Below, in pieces: positions 1 through 10,345 of a stretch of DNA of 64,000 nt (position 1 is the first letter of the stretch; each line of letters starts with the position of its first letter). Origin of the DNA: Candidatus Altimarinota bacterium (GTDB lineage Bacteria > Patescibacteriota > Gracilibacteria > 1-14-2-50-48-13). The notes under the pieces were generated by a model that was given only the letters and a program-made list of their open reading frames with translations, searched no databases and was not told the DNA's origin. Made by a program: the position numbers and the translations under genes. Location of the stretch: contig JBKBWQ010000001.1 in the NCBI GenBank assembly GCA_046314355.1, positions 640,001 through 704,000 of the forward strand, written 5' to 3'.

Positions 1-1080
1 CAGCTTCTTATGATAGAGACTTCAAAGAAAGAATATGGTTATGGTGAGAATATAGAATTAAAGCTTAAGACTGGATCTGGAGGACAGGTCGTAACACTCC
101 CGTCTGAATGTCCTGAGGAACCGTTTGATGTATACAAAAATGGACAGAAAGTAACAGCAGCTACAACGTATGCTTGCGAAAAAACTCCATACAGCATTCC
201 TTCTACAGGCATAACAGTAAACTATGCACCATGGTATAAGGAATTATTCAAAGATGCAGGAAATTATTCCATCAAAGTTACCTTAGCCGGAGAGGTCTAT
301 GAGGCCCCTTTTACTATTAAAGATGAAGGATTCTTTGGTTCTATCTGGAATACATTATTCAACCGACCTCTTTATAACCTCCTCATTCTTTTTACCACTT
401 GGGCAGGAAATGACCTCGGTTGGGGTATCGTCATACTTACTCTGCTTATCAAGTTTATCCTTCTGATCCCAACTCAGAAAATGCTTGAGTCACAAAAAGA
501 GATGCAGAAGATACAGCCGAAGCTTAAAGCTCTACAGGAAAAGTATAAGGATGACAAACAGCGGATCAGTCAGGAAACGATGGCACTTATGAAGGAACAC
601 AAGGTTAACCCTCTTGGCAGCTGTCTTCCACTACTTATTCAGCTTCCTATCCTTATCGCACTCTACTTTGCGGTACAGCACGGATTGAACTTAAGCTCTA
701 CGGTATTTCTATATGAGCCTCTCAAGAGTGTGAATATTGAAGCACTCAACCCTATCTTCCTTGGTCTTATCAATCTTGCAAATGCTGGAAATATCGTACT
801 AGCATTAATTGTAGGATTACTACAGTTTATCCAGATGAAAATCTCATTTGCTGCAAATGGGACTCAGAAGACTCCTCCTAAGGTTGTGAAAGAAAATGGT
901 GACCCTGCAATGCCTGATATGTCTCAGATGAATACATATATGACATATGTATTCCCAGTAATGATATTTTTTGTTTGTATCTCTGCTCCATCCGCAATCG
1001 GATTATACTTTGTAGTTTCTACAATCTTTGCTATCATACAGCAGTACTTTGTAAATAAAGAAAAGTATAAGGCAGTTTAA
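1..1080 (+). CDS. yidC: Membrane protein insertase YidC with N-terminal beta-rich extracytoplasmic domain (probably 5'-truncated by the window)
   Basis: GWGIVILTLLIK, MQKIQPKLKALQEKYKDD, NPLGSCLPLLIQLPIL, LYFVVSTIFAIIQQ; frame is open upstream of ATG 10 to the window edge. Confidence 0.93.
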   Translation, partial: QLLMIETSKKEYGYGENIELKLKTGSGGQVVTLPSECPEEPFDVYKNGQKVTAATTYACEKTPYSIPSTGITVNYAPWYKELFKDAGNYSIKVTLAGEVYEAPFTIKDEGFFGSIWNTLFNRPLYNLLILFTTWAGNDLGWGIVILTLLIKFILLIPTQKMLESQKEMQKIQPKLKALQEKYKDDKQRISQETMALMKEHKVNPLGSCLPLLIQLPILIALYFAVQHGLNLSSTVFLYEPLKSVNIEALNPIFLGLINLANAGNIVLALIVGLLQFIQMKISFAANGTQKTPPKVVKENGDPAMPDMSQMNTYMTYVFPVMIFFVCISAPSAIGLYFVVSTIFAIIQQYFVNKEKYKAV

Positions 1081-1106
1081 TTTGCTTCCATTATTATTGT
1101 GTATAT

Positions 1107-1568
1107 ATGAATCTTGCTGTCGAACTTACTACTATTACAAAAGAGCTTCTTGAGTTTCTTGGAATAGATACATCTAGTCTAGAAGTCTCAGAGACTGAAA
1201 AGAATACCTACAAAATCCAGATAGAAAGTGATGACGCTCCTCTACTCATAGGTAAGCATGGAGATACATTGATGGCACTTCAGCATCTCGTCAAAGCTAT
1301 GGTAAAGAAAAAGAATGATGATGAGATTATACTCATCATGGACGTAGGTAATTACCGCGAGCAGTATGAGAGTAAGATTCTTCTCATGGCAAAGCAGAAA
1401 GCAGAGAAAGTAATGCAGGAGGATGTACGAGAGACTCTGTTTCCTATGAATTCATATCACAGAAGAGTCGTACACACATACATCGTCTCTGAGTTCCCAG
1501 GGATTGAGACAGACAGCATAGGAGAGGAACCCAACAGAAGAATCACGCTGAAGAAGAAAGGTGTATAG
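1107..1568 (+). CDS. khpB: Jag/KhpB (EloR)-like RNA-binding protein, KH + R3H
   Basis: KH LIGKHGDTLMALQ; R3H MNSYHRRVVH...SIGEEPNR; canonical position after yidC. Confidence 0.88.
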   Translation: MNLAVELTTITKELLEFLGIDTSSLEVSETEKNTYKIQIESDDAPLLIGKHGDTLMALQHLVKAMVKKKNDDEIILIMDVGNYREQYESKILLMAKQKAEKVMQEDVRETLFPMNSYHRRVVHTYIVSEFPGIETDSIGEEPNRRITLKKKGV

Positions 1569-1629
1569 TAGAATCTCTATAGCTCAATATCATGTGGGCT
1601 CTAGATAAGAATATGATTAGAGGTATAGC

Positions 1630-1667
1630 AACAAAAAAGCCATCCAGATCTGGATGGCTTTTTTGTA
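1630..1667. terminator. Bidirectional intrinsic terminator
   Basis: ACAAAAAAGCCATCCAGA-TCTGGATGGCTTTTTTGT palindrome between convergent genes. Confidence 0.85.
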
Positions 1668-1674
1668 TAAGAGA

Positions 1675-4563
1675 TTACTGTTTGAGCTTTTCAAATGATC
1701 CGCCGAGTATATCTCTAAGACCTGGAGGAGGAGTTGCGATCATACGTCCATCGTAGTTTACATCGATGGAAGCACCACCCTCAGAGGCGTTTGGATTGTC
1801 AACAAATGGTCTTGAGGTGATTAGTTCATTGATAGATCCAAGGAGAGATCCATTTACTAGAAGTTTGATCGGGCTAAACTGCCCTCTTTCATAACCACTC
1901 TTCCAATCAACAGTTCCATCAGTACCATCAGTACCCATAAACTTATCTGCTACATATACTCCATCAATACGTGATACTCTTGGATCAATCTTGATACTTC
2001 CATTCTGAAGGATGAAAGCTACAGCTGGTACGATACTGTTTGTATTCTCAGCATAGGTAATATTAGAATTGATGATAAGATCTCCGTTCTTGATAATGAT
2101 CGTTGATCTATTCCCAAGTGATAATGTCCGCTGTGATGAGCCGTTAATCACGCCATTTCCAGAGATAGTAACGTTACCGCTATCGAGAGTAAAGATTCTC
2201 TCTCCATCAAGACGCTGACTGAATGCCGTATTTGATATGTTGCTTTCACTATTTAAAGTTACATTTGAACCTCCAAAGAGACTTCCCTGCTTACTCATAC
2301 CTTCACTTGTAGTCTTATTAATGTTATCTGTAAGTTCCTTTTTAAATCCAGTGCTATAGCTAATTCCCTGAAAGTTTTTAGAAGAATCAAAGACCTGCTG
2401 TGTAGCTCCTGAGTCAAAGAGGAAACCTGATACTTCGTTGTATGACACTCCACTTTGGAAAGTTCCTACGCTCTTCGCTAATGTAGATGCATTGATGATA
2501 CCTGTGATCAGAGCAGATGTTACCACGTCTCCAGCATTATATGTCTGGAAGTACGGACGAGACATGATCACTGTATCTGCAGCATTATTGATAGTCTTTC
2601 TCTCAGGTGCAGGAGATACAGTCTTTACCATAAAGAGATCATCTACAAACTGAGCTGTTTGGAAAGGAGTATAAGGATCTCCTAATTTATCTTGTCCAGA
2701 AGCATCTGTTCTTACTCTTGCTTCTATTAATATCTGTATATAGTCACCATTTGACTTTGTATCAATAGTACCAGCTTTAGTTCCTGGATAAAGATTCTTC
2801 ACTATGATCGGCTGACTCACAGGATTATTCTTGAAAGCTTCAAGACTGTTTGCATCTACTTCAGGAGCAGGTATAGATGCTGAAGCAAGCGTTGAGTTCC
2901 GGTATGGACTCTTGCTATTCAATACAACCCGAGCATTTACAAACTGAATATCTCCTTCAGAAGTAAACTCTGCATTACCACCACGGTTATTTCCAACATA
3001 TCTCAATTTTCTACTACCGTCTGTTAAGCTTCTTACATTTGGAGATGCAAGTACATGTACTTCACTCGCAACAGTGTCATCTGTCTGGTTACTTACTTCC
3101 AAGGTATACCATACAGTCTGGTAGTTACCTATCGCTGGAGTTTGTCTAAAAAAACTCTGGTTTGCTTCACGTCCATCAGCCTCTGTAACTCTCAGGAGAC
3201 TCATGTTAGCGCCATTTCCGCTGACAGGACTATCTTTTGTAGCATAAATCTCGATACATCCGCAGGCTGTACATTTACTATTCGGATTCTGCGGTAAGAG
3301 TTTACATGCTCCATATCCATTATATGGCTGATCTCCTGTACAAGTGGAAGTTGGTCTTCCGTCTACAGTGATACACTCATATCCTCTTCTTCTAAATTCA
3401 GCCTGATCTGAATAGTATAAACTGCGGCAAATATCGCCAGTAGGCGGTACAACAGGCACATCCGGAAACTGACAAGATGCGGTACATGTAACTGTCTGAC
3501 CATTTATGACTCTTGTCTGTCCAGGAGTACAAGCATCAGCAGGGAGTGGGAGACGCGGTCCTGCACCTGGCACACCGTTGATACGGTCTACACATGTGTA
3601 GGTTTGAGTAGTAGTGGTTTTCTTTTTTACTACGAGGTCGAGAACGAGAGAGTAACTATAAGGAAATGATCCTATCTGATCACCTTTTGTATAAGTGAAT
3701 GATTTTCGATCAGCTGAAAGAGTATATTCACTTGATCTTAAGTCTCTATAATTCCTACTTTTGATTGTAGTCTTTAGCGTTTTTGGATCAGTAATACTTT
3801 CTGCTTCAATGACATAATTACTCATGTCAGATAATGGATGTGATCCAAGTTTAATATTTGCAGGGTAATCAGATGACTGTGCGAAAAATAATTCTTGATC
3901 AGCACTTATATTAATTGAGCTTGTATCAACAGAGTAAATAACATTATTTCCAACTTTTGCTGTTATTGTATTTCCCTCAATAGTTACATTAACTTTTGTA
4001 TCTTTTAGAACATTTGAAGGATTTGTACCTACATTATCATGCACATATATTTTCGTTTGAAAAATATCACCTATATTAGCTTGCAGACTGAATATCAGAT
4101 CATAATACATTTGTCGAAGACCGTATTTATAATACACTTCCTGCATAATAGGATTAATGCTATTTGTCTTTGAACCATAAAGCTTATTGATACCCACAAA
4201 TTCTCTTTCATCTGTATAAAGCGGTCCGACACACTCATCAAGAGAACTCAATCTTTCAAGTTCCTCTGGAGACATATCAGTATGCTGAAGCTGCTGTCTA
4301 ATAAAATAAATTTCATTATTTTTTAACTTCATAAATGCTCGGCACTTCTCTAAAGAATCTAAGTATTTATTAAATACATGTTCTGTATATCCTCTAGGAA
4401 AGTAGTTTGCTCTATCTTTATATGCATCTGAGAAATATATTCCATCATTAACATTTACAGCTGCAAATGCAGTACCAAAAGTAGCACAGAAGAAAACTCC
4501 TAATAACAACACTGCTGATACTCTTAATAGCTTTAATTTTCTAGTAATATTAATCATGTTCAA
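1675..4563 (-). CDS. Large secreted/surface protein (962 aa) with Cys-rich middle and CPR-type C-terminal beta-rich domain
   Basis: Signal peptide ending TAFA; Cys cluster in the middle; C-terminus IIKNGDLIINSNI..AFILQNGSIKID..YDGRM..PPPGL. Confidence 0.75.
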   Translation of the reverse strand: MNMINITRKLKLLRVSAVLLLGVFFCATFGTAFAAVNVNDGIYFSDAYKDRANYFPRGYTEHVFNKYLDSLEKCRAFMKLKNNEIYFIRQQLQHTDMSPEELERLSSLDECVGPLYTDEREFVGINKLYGSKTNSINPIMQEVYYKYGLRQMYYDLIFSLQANIGDIFQTKIYVHDNVGTNPSNVLKDTKVNVTIEGNTITAKVGNNVIYSVDTSSINISADQELFFAQSSDYPANIKLGSHPLSDMSNYVIEAESITDPKTLKTTIKSRNYRDLRSSEYTLSADRKSFTYTKGDQIGSFPYSYSLVLDLVVKKKTTTTQTYTCVDRINGVPGAGPRLPLPADACTPGQTRVINGQTVTCTASCQFPDVPVVPPTGDICRSLYYSDQAEFRRRGYECITVDGRPTSTCTGDQPYNGYGACKLLPQNPNSKCTACGCIEIYATKDSPVSGNGANMSLLRVTEADGREANQSFFRQTPAIGNYQTVWYTLEVSNQTDDTVASEVHVLASPNVRSLTDGSRKLRYVGNNRGGNAEFTSEGDIQFVNARVVLNSKSPYRNSTLASASIPAPEVDANSLEAFKNNPVSQPIIVKNLYPGTKAGTIDTKSNGDYIQILIEARVRTDASGQDKLGDPYTPFQTAQFVDDLFMVKTVSPAPERKTINNAADTVIMSRPYFQTYNAGDVVTSALITGIINASTLAKSVGTFQSGVSYNEVSGFLFDSGATQQVFDSSKNFQGISYSTGFKKELTDNINKTTSEGMSKQGSLFGGSNVTLNSESNISNTAFSQRLDGERIFTLDSGNVTISGNGVINGSSQRTLSLGNRSTIIIKNGDLIINSNITYAENTNSIVPAVAFILQNGSIKIDPRVSRIDGVYVADKFMGTDGTDGTVDWKSGYERGQFSPIKLLVNGSLLGSINELITSRPFVDNPNASEGGASIDVNYDGRMIATPPPGLRDILGGSFEKLKQ

Positions 4564-4615
4564 GATCTTATAAAATACATATGAGAAGGTATGGAAACAT
4601 TAAGACATGAATTCA

Positions 4616-4807
4616 CTAAAAGTCAATATTTTTGTTTTGAATTTTTATATTCTGATCCTGAACTCTATTTGCATTATCAGCCTTAGGATCAGCTACTGTT
4701 GTTTTAGATAATTCTAGATTCTGTGTATTAAGTGATTCAGCATTGTTTGCAGTACCTGAACATGAGACAAGAAATGTTAAGGCAAGAGCAATAGAAAAAT
4801 ATCTCAT
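4616..4807 (-). CDS. Small lipoprotein
   Basis: Signal peptide with lipobox LVSC. Confidence 0.65.
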   Translation of the reverse strand: MRYFSIALALTFLVSCSGTANNAESLNTQNLELSKTTVADPKADNANRVQDQNIKIQNKNIDF

Positions 4808-4831
4808 ATGACTACTATTATAAATTATAAA

Positions 4832-7800
4832 TTATCCTCCCCAGTTATTACCGTCTGAGGCTCCTGAAGATTGATTTAAGTTACTTCCTCCACCACTTGG
4901 TGGACTAACTTTAAATTCGGATACATCATTATAGTTATTAACCATTGCGTTATAACTATCAGTTGCTTTATTAGTCCAAAGCGCTATACCAGCTTGATCT
5001 TTACGATCTATAGCAATTTGTAATTGTTTTTGAGCAGTGTAGAAATCTTTTTCTTGTGAGCCTAAATATAATTCACGACCATTATTATTTGGTTTTTGTT
5101 TATACATTTCCTTTAAATTACTGATTGCTGCAGCGGCTTTATTCACATCACCTTTAATGTCATTTAATGGCGCCATAGTAAGTGCTTGCTGTTCTGTTGC
5201 CTTACTCTCAGTTTTTTTCTCACCGCCATCGCCACTTCCCTCTTCATCTTTTTTCTTATCTTCACCTCCCTTATTATCATTCGTCTTACCGCCACCTTCA
5301 TCTTTCTTCTCTGGAATCTTACATAGCTCAGGATGAGCCGCCGCATATTCAGGATTCTTACAGTCTTGCTTCTCTTCAACTGTTGGATTACAAATTGGAT
5401 TATCCTTATTCTCTGGTCTATCACAGAATGGGATTTCTTCTATTACTGGTTTACATAATGGATTATTTTTATTTTCTGGTCGGTCACAGAATGGTATCTC
5501 TTTACCAGGTATAAGTCCAAGCGCTGAAACACCAGCACCAAGTGGAATTGTAACATTACCCCCTATAACAGCATTTTCATTTACGTACTTTTGATCAGTT
5601 TTAACTCTCTTCGAAATATCAATTTCATTCAAAGAATTCTCAAAATCTACAGTACCCTCAGCATTTGTCGTAGGAAGTTTTCTCAAGATAGGTTTCTTTT
5701 CAAGAGAAGCAGCTTTACTAATTTCAACATTCATACACTCTTTTCTAACAAAGATCTTCACTATATAATTTTCTCCATTGAATTCTTTTTGAATTGATGT
5801 CTGGTAGACATCCTTTAGATTAGGTTTTGCTCCAACTATATTTTTATTCCATTCAATCTGAGTACCAAAATTGGTATAATCTCCTGCTGGAGCTTTTACT
5901 AATCCCTTCATGAGACCTAAATATAAGTCTTTTTCACTCACTTGCTGAAGCATTCTAATTTCTTCTTTAGCAGCACTTACATTTTTACCAGCCTTAGAGT
6001 AATTCTCTGGTAATCTCAGTGCAGAAAGCATTGCCGTCATGAGTGACTTATCATTCTTGATATCAAGTTTAGAACCATTTGCAAGACTTCTATCTCCGAG
6101 GATTGCTTGCAGTGAATTGATCATAGCTGCTGCATCTTCTTGACTTAATGTCGTTTTTCCATCAGAAAGAGTTGCATACTTTCTCAAGAATTCAGGAGTA
6201 ATATCAGTTTTCTCTGCCATTCGCATAAGAGAGAATGCACCTGGGTTTCCTTCTGGGTTTTTAAGATCTTTATCTTTATTCTTAATACCCATGGATTCTA
6301 AAGCATCCACAAGCGTGAGGTCCTTCTGAGCATTTTTATTATTTGCCACATAAGTATCCAATCCCTTTAAGATTGACTCATAGACTTTAGATCTTTCATT
6401 AGCAATATCAAATTGCTTTAGTACAGATTCTACATAGTCTTTGCCTTTCAGTTTAGATTGTACGTTCTCCATCTTAGCACCTTGAGGCGTAAAGAGAGCG
6501 CTCTCTCCATATGGAAGAAAAGTAGTCACATCAAAGTCAAACTTGTTTGCAGAGAAAGAGTTGAAAAGTTTTTCAATAGAATTTGTTCTATCTACTAAAC
6601 CTTTCAATTTTTCAGCACTTTGAGCCACCATACTATCTACCATAGTACGATCTAGTATTTGATCAGTTGATAAATAAATATGCTGTTCAAGGATACTCGT
6701 AATTGGTGCATCTTTGTATTTCTCTTTGGTCTGACCTTTCATAAGCTCATCGTACTTAGTAGCAATTTGGTTATAAGAAGCTTCAAAACTATCAAGCTGT
6801 GTAGTAAGTGTCGCATATGGATCTGTCGCTGATTTCTTTGCAACATCTCCATACCTGTCATTAAAAGTCTTATACATGTCTGTTACATTATATGAAGACA
6901 TTAGTTTGACCGCATTTGTAAGTAACTCTAAGAACGCTTTTTGATCAGCAGGAGAAATATTTTTATTGTTTGGATCCAATAGACCTTTATATCCATCTAC
7001 TGTTTTTCCCTTAACATCTATTATCTTTCCTGTACTATCCAGTGTTTTTTCACCGTTTAAAAACTTCACCATAAGATTAAGGCGATTTGTCATTACTTTT
7101 GCCTTCTCCAATCTAGGAGTCATCTTAAGTTTCTTTTCCCCTTCACTATAAGTAGTACTTTCTTCCTTTGCAGCTGAAATATAGGTTTTGATAAGTTCTT
7201 TTTCTTGCTTTATATCAGCAATGAGGACATCAAATGCCTGTTTTTGAAGAGGTTCTTTAGTCTTCTCCTTCTGAGCGGTAAATTTTGTAATTTGATCATC
7301 TAACTTCGTACCATAATTCATAAGATTTTGTTCAAGTTCCTTTCGTCCCTTAGGGGACATAGCAGCAATATTACTAAGAGCCTTATCCTTTTCCTTAGGA
7401 TCTCTTACAAATTCTAGTGATTTGAAATCAACTCTAAGCTGATCCAATGTCTTCACATCAATTCCATATTGATTCTTAAGTTTATCTGATAGCTCAGTTA
7501 ACGTTAACTGATTTTTGTCGAGTTTATACTCATTACCATTATCTTCAACTGAAGAACTTCTCTTTAAAATAAGATAGTCTGATAACATTTTTGCAGCACC
7601 ATCAGTTCTTTTTCCTGATTCCATATCTTTATTTGCAACCTTTGCATATATTTTTCCATCAGGATCAAACTTCTTTCTTTCGTCTGGCGTAAGAATATTA
7701 TTATAGACATACTTAGTATAAGTTGCCATCAACTCTTTAAAGTTTTCTTGAGCATCTTTGTCTTGAGGACTAGCAGAGATTTTCTTTTCAAGAGCGGCGA

Positions 7801-9148
7801 GCCCTGAAAGGTATGTGATCTCCATTGGATCAAATGCTCCTTTGAACTCAATTCTACCCAATTTCAAGTTTCCCAGAATACCTCCGACAAGGAATGCACC
7901 TCCTGATAGATATTTCTCTTCGCCATTTTTATAATTTACAAGTCTCTCAGTATGTCCATTTGCTCTTAAAGCAAGATCTACAAGTGGAATTGCAACAGTG
8001 GCTACATCACCTATATAACCAATTGTATCCATAGTCTGTCTATGTTCAGTCAAACCAGAAAATTTCTGAGCAATAATATCTCTTGATGCTTTAAGAGACT
8101 GATTACTATTGGCAACTAGAGTCTGCACCACTTGTGGACCAAATCCAAAGTTATCTCCAAAATACTTTTGAACAAAATCAAGAATATCAGTTTTTTGCTG
8201 TTCTGAGAGTTTATCATTTGCATCTTTTAGATTTTCTGCCTGTTTCGCGTACTTATCTACTTCCTGTACATACTTATCAGACCGCTCGGTAATCTCTCTA
8301 CCAAGTAGATTATCTTTTGAATTCTCTTTTCGAGCATTTAGATCATCTACTTCTTGCTGATTAATATCATACTTCTTTGTTAGATCAACTGTACTCATTT
8401 TATTGAGTGAATCATTTTTCAGCTTCTTATTCACAAATTCTTTTTTGCCTTTACCTGCTTTTGCTTCATCTAGCCATGATTGTACTTTGTCTGTAAATCT
8501 TTTATGTTCTGAAGAGAAGAAATCTACCAATGCCTTATCAAACTGCGCAGGAGATACCTTTTCTGCTGTAAGTTTATTCATAATCCCGAATAGATCGATC
8601 TGACTATTCTTATACATCCCGATAACCTCAGATCTATGCTGTTGAAGTGTGGTTGTATATTTATCCATCTGACTATAATACATATTAAAGTACTTTCCTA
8701 AATCAGTAGACTTCTGAGGCAAGGATTCCTCAATAATTGTATTATTCAGATTTGTAGTAGCCGTCAGACCGCCTTCTCCTTTTTTATCTATCGTTTTTTG
8801 AAGAGCATCCTTATACTCCTGAGAGTTTTCATCATACTTATTTACAGTATTTTTAAACTCCTTCATTATTTTATCTGAATAAGTATCCATTCCACTCTTA
8901 TAGTTTGATTCAAAACTATTTGTGATAGTTTTAAACTGATTCTCAATACCTTGAGTTTTTACATTAATACTTTGAATTTGATCTTCTTCATTCGTCTTTT
9001 CATTTGCTTTATCTACTGTATCTTTTTTTACTTCTGTATTCTTTGTATTAAAAAGATCTGTTGAAATATTCCATCTTGCCCCTGCTGTTGAAGAGCCTTG
9101 ACTTAAATCAGATGAAAAGTTACCAAATTCCATATTAGATTTATCCAT
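4832..9148 (-). CDS. Large hypothetical helical protein (1438 aa) without signal peptide; C-terminal Cys repeats
   Basis: Long ORF; K/D/E/N-rich; EIPFCDRPENK.NP.C twice. Confidence 0.8.
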   Translation of the reverse strand: MDKSNMEFGNFSSDLSQGSSTAGARWNISTDLFNTKNTEVKKDTVDKANEKTNEEDQIQSINVKTQGIENQFKTITNSFESNYKSGMDTYSDKIMKEFKNTVNKYDENSQEYKDALQKTIDKKGEGGLTATTNLNNTIIEESLPQKSTDLGKYFNMYYSQMDKYTTTLQQHRSEVIGMYKNSQIDLFGIMNKLTAEKVSPAQFDKALVDFFSSEHKRFTDKVQSWLDEAKAGKGKKEFVNKKLKNDSLNKMSTVDLTKKYDINQQEVDDLNARKENSKDNLLGREITERSDKYVQEVDKYAKQAENLKDANDKLSEQQKTDILDFVQKYFGDNFGFGPQVVQTLVANSNQSLKASRDIIAQKFSGLTEHRQTMDTIGYIGDVATVAIPLVDLALRANGHTERLVNYKNGEEKYLSGGAFLVGGILGNLKLGRIEFKGAFDPMEITYLSGLAALEKKISASPQDKDAQENFKELMATYTKYVYNNILTPDERKKFDPDGKIYAKVANKDMESGKRTDGAAKMLSDYLILKRSSSVEDNGNEYKLDKNQLTLTELSDKLKNQYGIDVKTLDQLRVDFKSLEFVRDPKEKDKALSNIAAMSPKGRKELEQNLMNYGTKLDDQITKFTAQKEKTKEPLQKQAFDVLIADIKQEKELIKTYISAAKEESTTYSEGEKKLKMTPRLEKAKVMTNRLNLMVKFLNGEKTLDSTGKIIDVKGKTVDGYKGLLDPNNKNISPADQKAFLELLTNAVKLMSSYNVTDMYKTFNDRYGDVAKKSATDPYATLTTQLDSFEASYNQIATKYDELMKGQTKEKYKDAPITSILEQHIYLSTDQILDRTMVDSMVAQSAEKLKGLVDRTNSIEKLFNSFSANKFDFDVTTFLPYGESALFTPQGAKMENVQSKLKGKDYVESVLKQFDIANERSKVYESILKGLDTYVANNKNAQKDLTLVDALESMGIKNKDKDLKNPEGNPGAFSLMRMAEKTDITPEFLRKYATLSDGKTTLSQEDAAAMINSLQAILGDRSLANGSKLDIKNDKSLMTAMLSALRLPENYSKAGKNVSAAKEEIRMLQQVSEKDLYLGLMKGLVKAPAGDYTNFGTQIEWNKNIVGAKPNLKDVYQTSIQKEFNGENYIVKIFVRKECMNVEISKAASLEKKPILRKLPTTNAEGTVDFENSLNEIDISKRVKTDQKYVNENAVIGGNVTIPLGAGVSALGLIPGKEIPFCDRPENKNNPLCKPVIEEIPFCDRPENKDNPICNPTVEEKQDCKNPEYAAAHPELCKIPEKKDEGGGKTNDNKGGEDKKKDEEGSGDGGEKKTESKATEQQALTMAPLNDIKGDVNKAAAAISNLKEMYKQKPNNNGRELYLGSQEKDFYTAQKQLQIAIDRKDQAGIALWTNKATDSYNAMVNNYNDVSEFKVSPPSGGGSNLNQSSGASDGNNWGG
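5320..5502 (-). repeat. Intragenic Cys-paired peptide repeats
   Basis: EIPFCDRPENKNNPLCKP, EIPFCDRPENKDNPICNP, CKNPEYAAAHPELC. Confidence 0.8.
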
Positions 9149-9157
9149 ATTGTTTGT

Positions 9158-9487
9158 TTAGTTAAATGAAGAAAGTAATCCTTCTGCCGTATCGGCATCT
9201 GTAGCCTGATCTTTCTCCTGTATTTTTGTTAAGATATTTTTTGTATCAGTTTTAATGACTTCAAGGTTCTCAAGGTATTTTTGTTGTACTGCTGCAACTT
9301 CCTGCTCATACTCGTGTGCTACTACACCACACGAGCTGTAGAATTTTAATAACACATTATAAGCTTTCTCAATCTCTTCATTATTCATTTGAGGCAAGCG
9401 CTGTTCATAAGAAAGCGCAATTGTTTCATCATATTTTTTAATATCATTTAGAAGAGTACTGAATTGTGTTTTTATATCTATGGTCAT
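9158..9487 (-). CDS. Small acidic coiled-coil protein (109 aa)
   Basis: ORF ends 9 nt before the 1438-aa gene; C-terminus AEGLLSSFN resembles that of 49964..50284. Confidence 0.7.
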   Translation of the reverse strand: MTIDIKTQFSTLLNDIKKYDETIALSYEQRLPQMNNEEIEKAYNVLLKFYSSCGVVAHEYEQEVAAVQQKYLENLEVIKTDTKNILTKIQEKDQATDADTAEGLLSSFN

Positions 9488-9524
9488 ATACCTTGAAAAT
9501 TAGAATTCTGATAAAGAGTGAAAC

Positions 9525-10271
9525 TTAAGCGAGTGCCTTTCTTCTCCATACAAGCACAGCAGCTCCCATTGCAGCAATGATAAGCACTGCAGCTTCTGGT
9601 CCTGTCTGAGGAACTTTAGGCGGCTTTGGCTTTGCTACTGGAGTTACTGGTGTTACAGGAGTAACTGGAGTAACTGGAGTTGTACATACTACTGGAACTG
9701 TCTGAGACTTATTTTCAAAAGTCGCAACTAATCCATTTGCAGCAATACTTGCAAAGTCGATACAGATGTTATCATTAAGCTTTACCTTAAATTCAAACTT
9801 ATCTGTACAATTACAGTCTGCAGTCTGTGTAATTCCTGGGAATACTACAGATACACCCTGACGGATAACTCCTCCGTTTCCTGGATCAATAAGCTGAGAA
9901 ACCTTAAGAAGATTCTCTGCAGAAACCTGTGCTACATATCCAACGAGGTCTCCAGGTCCGAGATTTCGTACAGAAGCTGTAACGACTATCACGTCTCCTG
10001 GTTTATTTCCTCCAGCACTTGCATCCTTAGCCTGTGTTTCATTGTATACAGTGAGCTTAGTTTCAAATTCAGGTGATGCACTATAGAGTGTATCAGCATT
10101 AGTATTTGTATCCGCCGTTGTAGAAAGCGGGATAATTTCACCAGCATTTGCATTAGCATTTACTGTAGTGTTCTCAAGAAATCCAGCGCTGTCTTGAGCG
10201 TAAGCTGTATTGCTGACCAGCATAAATGCTAGTGTGAGAGCAGTAAGCCCGAGGTTGAGTTTTGTTTTCAT
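9525..10271 (-). CDS. Surface protein with LPXTG-like sorting signal and PVT linker
   Basis: Signal peptide TAYA; tandem TPV repeats at 9637-9680; VPQTGP + hydrophobic helix + RRK tail. Confidence 0.75.
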   Translation of the reverse strand: MKTKLNLGLTALTLAFMLVSNTAYAQDSAGFLENTTVNANANAGEIIPLSTTADTNTNADTLYSASPEFETKLTVYNETQAKDASAGGNKPGDVIVVTASVRNLGPGDLVGYVAQVSAENLLKVSQLIDPGNGGVIRQGVSVVFPGITQTADCNCTDKFEFKVKLNDNICIDFASIAANGLVATFENKSQTVPVVCTTPVTPVTPVTPVTPVAKPKPPKVPQTGPEAAVLIIAAMGAAVLVWRRKALA

Positions 10272-10345
10272 GTTTGTTTAAAAAGAAAATGTAATAGGGG
10301 AATCTTTATATTGTATCATAAGGAGTGTGATTTTTGCAAATGCGA

